A stretch of 62,454 nucleotides of DNA, the filler included, from a bacterium (GTDB lineage Bacteria > UBP15 > UBA6099 > JAJRTR01), in the NCBI GenBank assembly GCA_024278215.1. It is 3 parts of 3 records of this genome, joined end to end, with 100 filler letters (N's around TTAATTAATTAA, not from the genome) between each part and the next. Parts side by side here need not be neighbours in the genome. Positions count along the whole stretch, not along the records: positions 1 to 26,404 come from JAJRTR010000145.1; positions 26,505 to 55,140 come from JAJRTR010000146.1; 1 more part is not named here. One strand, written 5' to 3'. A program made the translations under genes and the position numbers. Below, piece by piece: positions 19,051 through 28,772 of this stretch (within the stretch, counting starts at the first letter, position 1; every line of letters starts with the position of its first letter). The notes under the pieces were generated by a model, which worked only from the letters and a program-made list of their open reading frames with translations, was not told the origin of the DNA and made no database searches.

Positions 19051-19503
19051 TCATGCTCCGATCAACTCACTTACCGCCTCGACGAACTTTTCAGGCGCGA
19101 TCGGTTTGTCGATGAACCTCTCAGGCCTGATGCCGCCGCCTTCACGGTACCTGCCTACCAGTTTTTCCATCTTCTCAAGAAAGTAGTCCTTCATCTGTTC
19201 GAATAATTCGTCCTCGGATTTATCCCTGCTGTCCTCTATTATCTCGCTTATCGCCGTGAGCATAATTATAGGAATGTTTTTTAACTCCTCATTCTTTTTC
19301 AAACTGACAAAAACATTAAACCCGCTTTTCCTGGGCATCATAACGTCGAGAACGATCAGGTCGGGCTTCTCTTGTCCGGCCACAGCCAGACCCTCCACGC
19401 CGTCGTATGCCACAAGCGGCGTGTATCCGTTTTCTTTTAGAACCGTGGACAGATACTTGACGTTATTCACGTCGTCATCTACCAAAAGCACTCGTTTCGA
19501 CAT
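19051..19503 (-). CDS. Single-domain response regulator receiver with acidic helical insertion
   Basis: VDDD, LDVMMP, MLTA and DKP motifs; long insert between MLTA and DKP. Confidence 0.88.
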   Translation of the reverse strand: MSKRVLLVDDDVNNVKYLSTVLKENGYTPLVAYDGVEGLAVAGQEKPDLIVLDVMMPRKSGFNVFVSLKKNEELKNIPIIMLTAISEIIEDSRDKSEDELFEQMKDYFLEKMEKLVGRYREGGGIRPERFIDKPIAPEKFVEAVSELIGA

Positions 19504-19811
19504 GTATATCCCCCTCTTTCGCAATGTGATGTTTATATCTGTTGTGAGCCCAATTGCAGGCTATATGGCTATATGTTTCCGATTCCCCGGTGGAGCACCT
19601 TTTTATGATCAGGCAAATAAAACCAACAAATCCGACTATTTAAGTCAACTAATACTAATTTAGTATTTAAGTACCAGTTTGTCAATATCGTGAAGGTAAT
19701 TATATTGTCACAGCCACAATGACCGTTCAGTGAAGGAGCTTTTCAATCGCAAAGAATCCCTCTCACTTCAGTCCGAGGTGGTAAATTTCGCGGATTTTAC
19801 GGTAGAATCCA

Positions 19812-20762
19812 CTATTCTGCTTTCAGCCAGAGCTCGAGCTTTTCGGGGATAGCCTCATAAAGATTCTCCTGTTCGCACACGATGTCTGCACCCCCGATCG
19901 CTTCGATGCCTGCGACGCCCCGCCCTTTTGCCGCTATCCTGCATACTCGACCGCCGAGCGCTTCCATGTAGCCCGCTGCAAACGAAGACAATGCCACGGG
20001 GGGAGACGCTTCTTCGATATTCTCGTATATCGCAATACATGCCCCGCATCCGCGCAGATAGGTGACGAGATTCCAGTGTTCATCCTCGTGATATTTCCTG
20101 TCGGCGGCATGAAATCCGGCTTTTCCGTTTTTCGTGAGTGTGGAGCGAACAGCCTGCACCGCGCCCATTCCGCTGATACCTGTAATGAGAAAGTTCCGTT
20201 CAGGATTGGGATGTTCCGCGCTGAATTGGTTCAGGCTTTCCTTTATTTGCCATGGCACTGGTGTTTCTTTTTCCGCAGTCGGCTTTTTTGCGTCTTCCAC
20301 GTTCTGTCTTGCCCTGTAATCCTGGAGGGCCGAATTGCGCGCCGTCTGGAACTTCCGCCGCAGAGCTTCCTCCGCCTCCATCGAGGTTTCCCACGGTACC
20401 GGTGTTGCATTGCGCGGTCCGCAAGCGAAGCTTTCCTCGATCACAATCTCTTCTATCTCGTGTATTCCCGCAAGCATCTCGACCTGTATCTGTTTGTGAA
20501 TCCAGACAAGATCGGTGTCGTCTTTTTCGCCGCCGTCGGCCGCTGCTTTCGCATCGCAGACTTCGTTCAGCAGTTCTACCATGCGTTCGAGGCGCACATC
20601 GAGGCGTGCGAACAGTTCCTTGATGCGTGCTGCCGGGTCGGCGCAGGCATCGGGCTTCTCAGATGCCGATGTGCCGCACACTCCGAGTGATGCGCCTTTC
20701 TCCGCCACAAGCCTCTTCCTCGCCTCCGCCAGTACTTCGTTTCGTGCTTCATCATCTATCAT
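19812..20762 (-). CDS. Hypothetical protein: coiled-coil N-half, C-terminal nucleoside-deoxyribosyltransferase/TIR-like domain (degenerate)
   Basis: 316-aa ORF with GGAGG RBS; AADRKYHEDEHWNLVTYLRGCGACIAIYE..GYMEALG resembles NDT-like hypotheticals. Confidence 0.55.
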   Translation of the reverse strand: MIDDEARNEVLAEARKRLVAEKGASLGVCGTSASEKPDACADPAARIKELFARLDVRLERMVELLNEVCDAKAAADGGEKDDTDLVWIHKQIQVEMLAGIHEIEEIVIEESFACGPRNATPVPWETSMEAEEALRRKFQTARNSALQDYRARQNVEDAKKPTAEKETPVPWQIKESLNQFSAEHPNPERNFLITGISGMGAVQAVRSTLTKNGKAGFHAADRKYHEDEHWNLVTYLRGCGACIAIYENIEEASPPVALSSFAAGYMEALGGRVCRIAAKGRGVAGIEAIGGADIVCEQENLYEAIPEKLELWLKAE

Positions 20763-20780
20763 TAAAAGAAACCCTCCATT

Positions 20781-20958
20781 GAGCCAATTGCAAAATTCTG
20801 ATTCTGCTGCGGTCGGCTGCTACTGTCCATAGCTGCGTTGTCGGCACAAAATCGTCCTCGACGTACTCTAAAAGTACGCCTGCGAGGATTTTACACCTCC
20901 GCCTTGCTACGAACAATTTCGCTCGACCTCGCTACGAACATAATTTTGCACTTGGCTC
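20781..20958 (+). mobile_element. MITE family B, full copy with apparent 4-bp target-site duplication CATT
   Basis: CATT|GAGCCAATTGCAAAA...TTTTGCACTTGGCTC|CATT. Confidence 0.85.
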
Positions 20959-21048
20959 CATTTTGTACTCGAAATGCTCTCTTCTTCTCACAAGAATTAT
21001 AGCACCTGTCGGTTCACACAAGGAAGCGGCAACAGGTTATTGAATTCC

Positions 21049-21068
21049 TGGCCCGCATATTTCACCGA
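21049..21068 (-). repeat. Family C motif (reverse)
   Basis: GCCCGCATATTTCACC is the reverse complement of GGTGAAATATGCGGGC at 34191. Confidence 0.6.
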
Positions 21069-21130
21069 TACGGGTTCAAAATCGAGAGAAAGCCTTATAA
21101 TACAAGGCGCGGCAAGTGAATGGTGCGGGA

Positions 21131-21170
21131 GCAGCCGACCGCCGACGAATCAGAATTTTGCAATTGGCTC
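21131..21170 (-). repeat. MITE family B terminal fragment
   Basis: GCAGCCGACCGCCGACGAATCAGAATTTTGCAATTGGCTC. Confidence 0.75.
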
Positions 21171-21234
21171 TTACGCGCGAATCATCGTTGACACGATAAT
21201 ATGATGATTGTGCTGTAGCGGGAATGGAGGCGGT

Positions 21235-22152
21235 TTGAAACAAGAGCCGGAAACGACAGGGGTTGCAAGCGGCAGCAGGCGCGGGGTTGCCGGTATTCTG
21301 CTGGCGGCACTTTTGTTCAGTGTCATGGCAGCGGGCGCGAAATTTGCTTCATTGCAGGGCGTGCCCTATGGAGAAGTGACGTTTTTTCGTTTCACAACAG
21401 GTTTTGTCGTGCTCGCCGCGCTGGCTCGCATGAGAGTGATCGAGTTCTGTCCGGGGAATTTCCCATGGCTGTTTCTGCGCGGGCTTGCGGGCGGTCTGGC
21501 GATATGCTGCTATTTCTTCGCGCTTTCCGGCGGCGCTCTCACCAACGCTGTTGTCCTCAACGCAAGCTACCCCATTTTTGTAGCTCTTTTTTCCGCTGCG
21601 TTTATCGGCGAACGGGTCAGGGGATTTGTCTACCCGATTCTTGTCGTTGCTTTTGCCGGTATATTGCTCGTCATCAGGCCGACTCCGCAGCATGTGAACA
21701 CGGCAGACATTTTCGGTCTCGCATCCGGCGTCCTGGCGGCAATCGGCATTCTCACTCTCCGAAAACTTCGCGAGACTGAAAACGTATGGACGATACTCAC
21801 ATTTCTTAATGGTGTGGGAATGTTGATCGCGGCACCGTTTTTCTTCGCCCGTCCCGTGTGTCCCACACCGCTCGGCTGGGCCGCGCTTATCACCGTTTCG
21901 CTGGCAAGCAATTTCGCACAGGTGAGCCTCACTTATGCCTATAAATACATGCGTGCTTCCGAGGGCAGCATACTGATAAAAGTATCGGTGGTTATTTCCG
22001 CTTTCGTCGGCTATTTTGTATTCGGCGACAGGATCGACCTGCCGCTGGTAGTCGGCGCTGTGCTCATACTGGGCAGCGGCGCTGTGCTCACGGCCCTGAT
22101 CCACCGCGCCGAAGCTAACCCGCATACTTCACAAATCCGGACTAATAAGTAA
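21235..22152 (+). CDS. EamA/DMT-family transporter
   Basis: Two hydrophobic EamA repeats (FFRF, YPIFVAL..FIGERV, FGDRI); TTG start after GGAGG. Confidence 0.88.
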   Translation: MKQEPETTGVASGSRRGVAGILLAALLFSVMAAGAKFASLQGVPYGEVTFFRFTTGFVVLAALARMRVIEFCPGNFPWLFLRGLAGGLAICCYFFALSGGALTNAVVLNASYPIFVALFSAAFIGERVRGFVYPILVVAFAGILLVIRPTPQHVNTADIFGLASGVLAAIGILTLRKLRETENVWTILTFLNGVGMLIAAPFFFARPVCPTPLGWAALITVSLASNFAQVSLTYAYKYMRASEGSILIKVSVVISAFVGYFVFGDRIDLPLVVGAVLILGSGAVLTALIHRAEANPHTSQIRTNK

Positions 22153-22302
22153 TCGCCTTGCATTTTGCGGCAATCCTGTCTGTGCAAGCTCGCCGCGGAC
22201 AGGAAAAAACTTGTTATTACAAGTATTTTATGGTATTTTCTATTCACACAATATTTCATCATGCAGAGCGGCCCTGCAGGCTGCGAATCCCGGAGGTTGC
22301 AA

Positions 22303-23460
22303 ATGTTGAATTACGACTTGGCACCCGAACAGAATGTCATCAGGCAGAGTGTAAGAGAATTTGCGGAGCAGGAGATCGCGCCCCGCGCCCGCGAACTCGA
22401 CCAGAACGAGAAATTCTCAGTCGAGCTTACCAAAAAGATGGGTAAGGAACTCGGCGTTTTCGGGATGTTCCTGCCTGAAAAATACGGCGGCGCGGGTATG
22501 GACTACATTTCGTACATAATCGCCGTCGAGGAAGTCGCCCGCGTGGACGGTTCGCAGGCTGCCACCATCGCCGCCGCCAACTCACTGGGCATCGGTCCCA
22601 TATACAACTTCGGTACTGAAGAACAAAAAATGGAATGGCTGCCGCAACTGTGTTCCGGCGATGGACTCGCCGCTTTCGGACTCACCGAAGCCAACGCCGG
22701 TTCCGACGCACAGGCGTCCGTCACTTCGGCACGGCTCAAGGACGGCGAATGGACTATAAACGGCAGTAAAATCTTCATCACGAACGCCAGCACTTCAATG
22801 TCTGTAGTCTGCACTGTCCAGGCGATCACCGGCATTCGGCAGGACGGACATAACGAACTGAGCTGTATTCTCGTACCCAACGGCGTCGAGGGTTTCACCG
22901 CAAAGGTGATGAAGGGTAAAATGATGTGGCGCGCGTCGAACACCTCCGAACTCTATTTCGACGACTGCAAGGTACCGGAGGAAAACATGCTGGGAAACCG
23001 CGGCGACGGCTTTAAACAAATGCTCAAGACGCTCGATGCCGGCAGGCTCAGCATTGCCGCGATGGGGCTGGGCGGCGCGCAGGGTGCCTATGAAAAGGCG
23101 CTCCGGTACTCGCAGCAGCGCATACAGTTCGGGCGTCCTATCTCGCGTTTCCAGGCCACCGCGTTCAAACTCGCCGACTGCGCCATGGAGATCGAATGCG
23201 CCCGCAACCTGCTCTACAAAGCCTGCTGGTTCAAGATGCAGGGCCGTGAATACTCGAAACTTGCCGCAATGGCGAAGCTCTACTGCTCGGAAGTTATGAG
23301 CCGTGTCGTCAACCACGCCGTCCAGATACACGGCGGCTACGGCCTGATGAACGAATACGACGTCGAGCGTTTCTATCGTGACCAGAAACTCCTCGAGATC
23401 GGCGAAGGCACATCCGAAGTCCAGCGTATCATCATCTCCCGCCACATCGGTTGCAGATGA
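22303..23460 (+). CDS. Acyl-CoA dehydrogenase
   Basis: FGLTEANAGSD, NGSKIFITN, RIQFGRPI, QIHGGYG, IGEGTSEVQR; GGAGG RBS. Confidence 0.95.
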   Translation: MLNYDLAPEQNVIRQSVREFAEQEIAPRARELDQNEKFSVELTKKMGKELGVFGMFLPEKYGGAGMDYISYIIAVEEVARVDGSQAATIAAANSLGIGPIYNFGTEEQKMEWLPQLCSGDGLAAFGLTEANAGSDAQASVTSARLKDGEWTINGSKIFITNASTSMSVVCTVQAITGIRQDGHNELSCILVPNGVEGFTAKVMKGKMMWRASNTSELYFDDCKVPEENMLGNRGDGFKQMLKTLDAGRLSIAAMGLGGAQGAYEKALRYSQQRIQFGRPISRFQATAFKLADCAMEIECARNLLYKACWFKMQGREYSKLAAMAKLYCSEVMSRVVNHAVQIHGGYGLMNEYDVERFYRDQKLLEIGEGTSEVQRIIISRHIGCR

Positions 23461-23492
23461 TTTCATCAATACGGGAATGGCATTCCTGTTGG

Positions 23493-25004
23493 CTAATTAT
23501 GGGGCGTATTGCGGGGCGACTGTATGACAGGCGGACAGACGTACCAGCCGTGTATCTTTTCGCCGCCGGGGCAGGGGACATCTAGTATGCGGTACGCGGA
23601 CTCTACATTCTCCGAATAATATCCGGTGTATTCCTTTATCCTTTCATACCGCTCCTGCGCGATGCCGATGAATTCTTCGTTTGCGAGGAATGTCACGTGA
23701 TATGCCGTCCAGTAGTCGGCAGTCGCGAGGCGTATATCATTTTTCACAAGGTAATTTGCCAGGTCGCGTTGCGGGTTCGGCGGGGTGGCGTTCCTGTATT
23801 CGCGCCAGAGCATCGCGCTGCCGTGCAGGTTTATAACAGCGATTGCGACGGCTGCCGCGCCGCACAGAATTTTGATCGCGCGGCTTCGCGATAAGCTGAA
23901 AACAAGCGTGGACGCACCGACTGGAATGAATACCGCCATAAGCGTGTAGCGCACGAGGACTTCCCTCTGTACATCCGCGCTGAAGACGATGTACGAAACG
24001 CACGCACTCGCTCCGGTGAGCACCAGAAACATCGGAAAATAGTGTTTGGGCGACAATCTCCTGAAAAGTTTTTCCCTGATAACAACATAAACGAAAAGCG
24101 CCGATAGAAGTGCGAAGCAGCCGATTGAAATATAGAACAATGGAGAATGATTTATCGTTATACCGCTCGAAATCGAGTAGTCACCCAATGAAACGCAGCC
24201 ATAACCCATAATGGCGGACAGATTCTTGCTGAACAGGTATCCGAGATTGGAAATTATTTCCGCGGGCGGGTTTATCGCAAGCGCGGCGGCACTGGATTTT
24301 CCGAAATTATTCGGCGTGAAAAGAGAGATGACTTTGAGCGACGCCCATACAGAGCTGAATGCACCTGCCGCTGATACGGCGTATGTCGCGGTAAGTTTTC
24401 TCTCCAGCAGGCGAAAAACAAGCAGCCAGACAATGCCGTAGACGACAAACTCCCTGTTGAGAAATCCGAGTCCCGCAAGCGCGCCGCACAGCAGGGGGCG
24501 GTCACGCGCGGCCCACAGAAGCAGCACCCACAGGAGCGGTTCGACGTTGCCGCCGCCCGGCTCGACCATGAACGCGCACGCCACCGCACCCGGCGCGGCG
24601 ACATACAGCAGTGAAAGAAAAGATTCCCTGCCGGACAGCTTCGACTCGCGCGTAAGAATGATTCCCGCAAGCGTGAAAATCGCTATATTGATGCAGAGCA
24701 AAGGTAGTTTCAGGAGAAAAACGGAAGGTTCGAAAGCCGCGAAAAGCGGTGCAGCGAGATATGCCTCCACGGCAAGCATATACTTCTGACCGTAAAGAAA
24801 AACCGGAAAATCTTTCAACTCGGCAATATGCTTCGCCATCAATCCTATACGCGCGTCGTCGGAGTTGAAATGAGCCTGCTCATAGACGAGGAACAGGAAT
24901 CGGTCGAACGCAATAATGAGTAAGCCGGCGATGTAAAAGCACAAGCTTTTCATGCGTGGCCACGGGTCGGTTTTTCGGGATGTTATGTCTTCCTTTTTCG
25001 TCAT
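23493..25004 (-). CDS. Polytopic membrane protein, GT-C/PMT-like glycosyltransferase candidate
   Basis: Many TM segments; first loop FNSDDA.IGLMAKHI..FPVFLYGQxY. Upstream ORF extension runs into a MITE and was trimmed. Confidence 0.6.
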   Translation of the reverse strand: MTKKEDITSRKTDPWPRMKSLCFYIAGLLIIAFDRFLFLVYEQAHFNSDDARIGLMAKHIAELKDFPVFLYGQKYMLAVEAYLAAPLFAAFEPSVFLLKLPLLCINIAIFTLAGIILTRESKLSGRESFLSLLYVAAPGAVACAFMVEPGGGNVEPLLWVLLLWAARDRPLLCGALAGLGFLNREFVVYGIVWLLVFRLLERKLTATYAVSAAGAFSSVWASLKVISLFTPNNFGKSSAAALAINPPAEIISNLGYLFSKNLSAIMGYGCVSLGDYSISSGITINHSPLFYISIGCFALLSALFVYVVIREKLFRRLSPKHYFPMFLVLTGASACVSYIVFSADVQREVLVRYTLMAVFIPVGASTLVFSLSRSRAIKILCGAAAVAIAVINLHGSAMLWREYRNATPPNPQRDLANYLVKNDIRLATADYWTAYHVTFLANEEFIGIAQERYERIKEYTGYYSENVESAYRILDVPCPGGEKIHGWYVCPPVIQSPRNTPHN

Positions 25005-25089
25005 AAGTCTTATGCGAAGCCGCTTGTCGCTCCAGCCGTTTATCACACCATAATACTGTTTTTTCGGCGAAATCATCATATAACTTAAC

Positions 25090-25268
25090 GCGCCAATTTC
25101 AAAATTATGTTCGAAGAGAGGTCGAACGAAATTATTCAGAAGCAAGGCGGAGGTGCAAAATCAGCGCAGGCGTACTTGCAGAGTACGTTGAGGAAGATTT
25201 TGTGCCGACAACGCTGCTGTTGACAATTGCAGCCGACCGCAGCCGAATCAGAATTTCGCAAATGGCTC
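25090..25268 (-). mobile_element. MITE family B, full copy (reverse, diverged)
   Basis: Reverse complement aligns end to end with 11927-12105; GCGTACTTGCAGAGTACG core. Confidence 0.8.
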
Positions 25269-25395
25269 AAACAGCAACAACTTTTCAAACGGGGACTTTT
25301 GCCGGAGAATATATACTATCGGCGGGATGAGGACTGGTGCTGAACATGGCGGCAAGCGCTGCTTTTATTTCGGCAAAATCATCATATAATATGCT

Positions 25396-26404
25396 ATGAA
25401 TGAAATTCTTTCTTTAGTGCATGTTCCCGGACACAAAAAATTTCTTGATGTTTCGCGTATTCCTCTTTTTATAACATTGCTGTTGTGCGCTGTCTTCCCT
25501 GTGCGCATCGACGCGGCTGCATGGAGATGCAGAACTGCCGGGGATATAACAGCACCCAAGAGAACGGGAGATATATTCGCGGGGGGATGGCGCCTGGAGA
25601 AAGCGGAATGCTCGGAAACAGGTGTTTATTATTACAATTTCGTGCGTGCCGATAATGATAAGCTGACCATTGCCCTGAATCTTGGACCGGTCGAAAACCG
25701 TGATGCGGGAAACAAAAGAGATTACGAGATATATGTGGATGAAGCAAACGGAACGGATGCGATCACTCCGGATGTTATGGCTCTGAGAGATGAAATATCC
25801 GCAAGTGTCGAGAGATGGGAATCACGATGGCGATACAAGGACAAAGCTGCATGGGCGTTTTTCATAGCGATGATGGTCTTTTCGGTTATATTTATTACAG
25901 CTCTTGCGGAACGCGCGAAAAGAGGCGGTCCACGCCTGGCTGTGAATATGGGTGTGCTGTTTGCTTCCTTACTTTTCATTTTTTCGGTTGTCGAGCTGGG
26001 CTTCCGTTGTTTCGACATATCTTACGAGGATCCCGGACTTATGGGGTTTATGGACAGGGTGCGCGACCAGGCTGTTCTTCACGGCGGTTTTCGAAGGCTC
26101 GAAAAGACTGCGCCCGATGCTGCTGATGCGGCCGGGGAAGTCGACATGCTGGGCTACAGGGGCAATGGGCACGATACGAAAAAAAAATCCGGTGCGATGA
26201 GGATAGTGTGCGCCGGCGATTCTTTTATGTTCGGTATCGGTATCGGTTCGGAATGGACGTTCCCGGCGGCTCTTGCGAGAGAACTTTCCGGGATACCGGA
26301 TTCGGGGAATGTGGAAATCCTGAATTACGGCATACCGGGCAGTTCAGCGGCGGATGTTTCATCCATACTTCTTACCGAGGCCGCAGCCTCGATGCCGGAC
26401 GTTA
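25396..26404 (+). CDS. Membrane-anchored SGNH/GDSL hydrolase, 3'-truncated by assembly gap
   Basis: LGYRG, CAGDSFMFG (block I) and LNYGIPG (block II) after TM helices. Confidence 0.8.
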
Positions 26405-26504
26405 NNNNNNNNNNNNNNNNNNNNNNNNNNNNNNNNNNNNNNNNNNNNTTAATTAATTAANNNNNNNNNNNNNNNNNNNNNNNNNNNNNNNNNNNNNNNN
26501 NNNN
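26405..26504. other. Artificial contig linker
   Basis: N44-TTAATTAATTAA-N44; identical linker at 55141. Confidence 0.97.
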
Positions 26505-26645
26505 ACAAAATTGCTATCTACTTCCACTGCGGCGGTCTCAATCTTTATCCGGAAATAGCTCAATGAAAGGAATTATCATGCGCTCGGACTTGCACCACAA
26601 CATCTTGTGGCTACCCACTCAAAACCCGGAAGCGCGAAATATAAT

Positions 26646-28271
26646 ATGAAAACAGGATTGTTGACACGTTATATATTTACAGCAACGCTGGCCGTGTTGC
26701 TGTTGTGTGGCGCGACGGCTCATGCGGAAAAAGAAGTGAAATTCGAGAAGGTCAGGGGAGCGGTCGTCAGATTTGACGGCGATGTGCGGATACTGACGGT
26801 AGTGCCCGAAGGGTGGCGCAAAACACCCGGCGAAGAGTGTATCGTGTCGCAAACAGGCAAGCGGCTATGTGTGCGAGTTGCCGCGGCATCCGGGATGACA
26901 CCTTGCGAATGGGGTGAAGCAGCGGCTCGGCATGTCGATGCCCCCGGCGACTCGAAGGCGTCGATTACTGCAATTCCGCTGACAAATGAAGAAGTCTCCG
27001 AACGAGGCGCTTCCACCGGTTGTTTCCTTCGCATTATTTCACCTGAACTTCAATCCGTTGTATACAGGATCGTGTTTCAGCGTGGCGAACAGCTATATTT
27101 CTTTGTCACAAACCTGATGAAGTGGGGCACTGATCTGGACGAGGCAGGTATCGCGCAACTCGAGCGCGACATGCGAATCGTGGCGAACAGCGCATCGTTC
27201 GAAGGCTCCCTGGGCTATAAAAACCTCGAAGCTGTGAACCGGAAAAGATCGGGAAGGCCCGATTTCGATAAAATAAAGGCAGAGGCGGCGAATTACAAAC
27301 CGAAGGTGCGGGCCGACGCATTGCTCGAAGCTGATTATATGCGCCTTACCGGCAAACTCGATGATGCGGAAAAAGCATATAAAAAGTTGATGCCCGACAA
27401 TGAGTATGATGCGCTGGTGGGGCTGGGCGATGTGGCTATTTCACGCATGAACTATGAGGCCGCGTCAACCTTTTATACGAAGGCGAAGGAACTCGATCCG
27501 GAAAGGCCCGACGCATATAACGGAATCGGCTCGGTGGAACTTCTGAAGGGAAACACGGAAGAAGCGAAAAAATTATACTGGAAAGCGATGGAGAAGGACC
27601 CGCAGGACCCGAATAATTTAAGCAACCTGGGCTGGCTGGCATTCAGGCGCGGGCTGTGGAGCGATGCGGAATCCTATTTCATGAAGACGCTTGCGCGTGA
27701 GCCGGGACCCGACGCGGCTGTATCGGCGATAAACGGACTCACAGAAGTTTCCTTCCATTACGGTGAATATGAAAACGTTGTCGCATGGAACAAATCTATG
27801 CTGTCACATTTCCCCGAATACCCCGAAGGTCACGCGAACCTGCTGCGCGCGTATCTGGCGCTCGGGCAGGTTGATGACGCAGTCAGTGAAGCTGCGATAA
27901 TAGAAAAGATCAGGCCGGGCGCGCGTGGAACGGCGATACTGGCGGGCAGGGCCTATTACGCAGCCGGCAGATACGGCGATGCCGCGGCAAGATTGTGTCC
28001 TTTCGTATCCGACGGCGGCACGGGGCTTGGGCTTGACGATACCGTCTTATGCGCGGAATCTCTGAAAAACACAGATCAGTTAAGTCCCGCCATCGCCATC
28101 ATGACAAGGGCAATTGCCGCCCCGGACGCGAACTCTTCGCATTATATCCTGCTCGCACAATACCTTCAGGCGCAGGGTAACAGCAGCGACGCGATAAAAA
28201 TCGTCAATCAGGGAATAATTCGATTTCCGGATAATATCGATTTGAAAAAAATGCGCGATTCATTAAACTGA
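26646..28271 (+). CDS. Secreted tetratricopeptide-repeat protein
   Basis: Signal peptide; repeated TPR patterns (ALVGLGD, AYNGIG, LSNLGWL, KAKELDP). Confidence 0.85.
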   Translation: MKTGLLTRYIFTATLAVLLLCGATAHAEKEVKFEKVRGAVVRFDGDVRILTVVPEGWRKTPGEECIVSQTGKRLCVRVAAASGMTPCEWGEAAARHVDAPGDSKASITAIPLTNEEVSERGASTGCFLRIISPELQSVVYRIVFQRGEQLYFFVTNLMKWGTDLDEAGIAQLERDMRIVANSASFEGSLGYKNLEAVNRKRSGRPDFDKIKAEAANYKPKVRADALLEADYMRLTGKLDDAEKAYKKLMPDNEYDALVGLGDVAISRMNYEAASTFYTKAKELDPERPDAYNGIGSVELLKGNTEEAKKLYWKAMEKDPQDPNNLSNLGWLAFRRGLWSDAESYFMKTLAREPGPDAAVSAINGLTEVSFHYGEYENVVAWNKSMLSHFPEYPEGHANLLRAYLALGQVDDAVSEAAIIEKIRPGARGTAILAGRAYYAAGRYGDAAARLCPFVSDGGTGLGLDDTVLCAESLKNTDQLSPAIAIMTRAIAAPDANSSHYILLAQYLQAQGNSSDAIKIVNQGIIRFPDNIDLKKMRDSLN

Positions 28272-28471
28272 GCTTCCTCCCTGAGAATGGCCGGATAATG
28301 ACAACAAAGCCTGTAAACAAAATAATGTTTGATGAACTACAGTTGATATATGCACCCAAATACGTTTTCTTATTGGGAAGTTCCGGCTAATGGCAATACC
28401 GGTCACTTAAAGGGTCTGAATTGCCAATATACTTGATAGATACAGGCTTTTTTGTGCGTCATTGCTGCTAA

Positions 28472-28494
28472 AGCATTTCAGTCGTAAGACACTA
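28472..28494 (+). repeat. Family A terminal fragment
   Basis: AGCATTTCAGTCGTAAGACACTA matches 6089-6111. Confidence 0.6.
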
Positions 28495-28772
28495 ATAGAA
28501 ATTGTTACAATTATGGTTGAAAAAGTTTAGAAACGGAACGAGAATTGATGTTGGCAGCAACGGGAAGGGACAATTCCTGCTGCAGAGAACCAGCGTCTAT
28601 GTGCGCTACCAATTCGTTCCCGCTCGGGTTTTGTTCTTTTCTTTTTGACACGACAGTAGTCTTCTACAATAGTCCATAATGGTAAGTACTATGTGTTGGG
28701 CCTGGTTGTGTCAAGTGCATACCCAACTGTCGTCTTTTGTCGAACCATCGAGACAGCAGGCCACCCCGATGC

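Noticed and set aside
26405-26504. TTAATTAATTAA palindrome within N runs (also 55141-55240)
   Set aside because: Identical synthetic linker, not biology. It also means the two Hdr clusters cannot be claimed to be adjacent.
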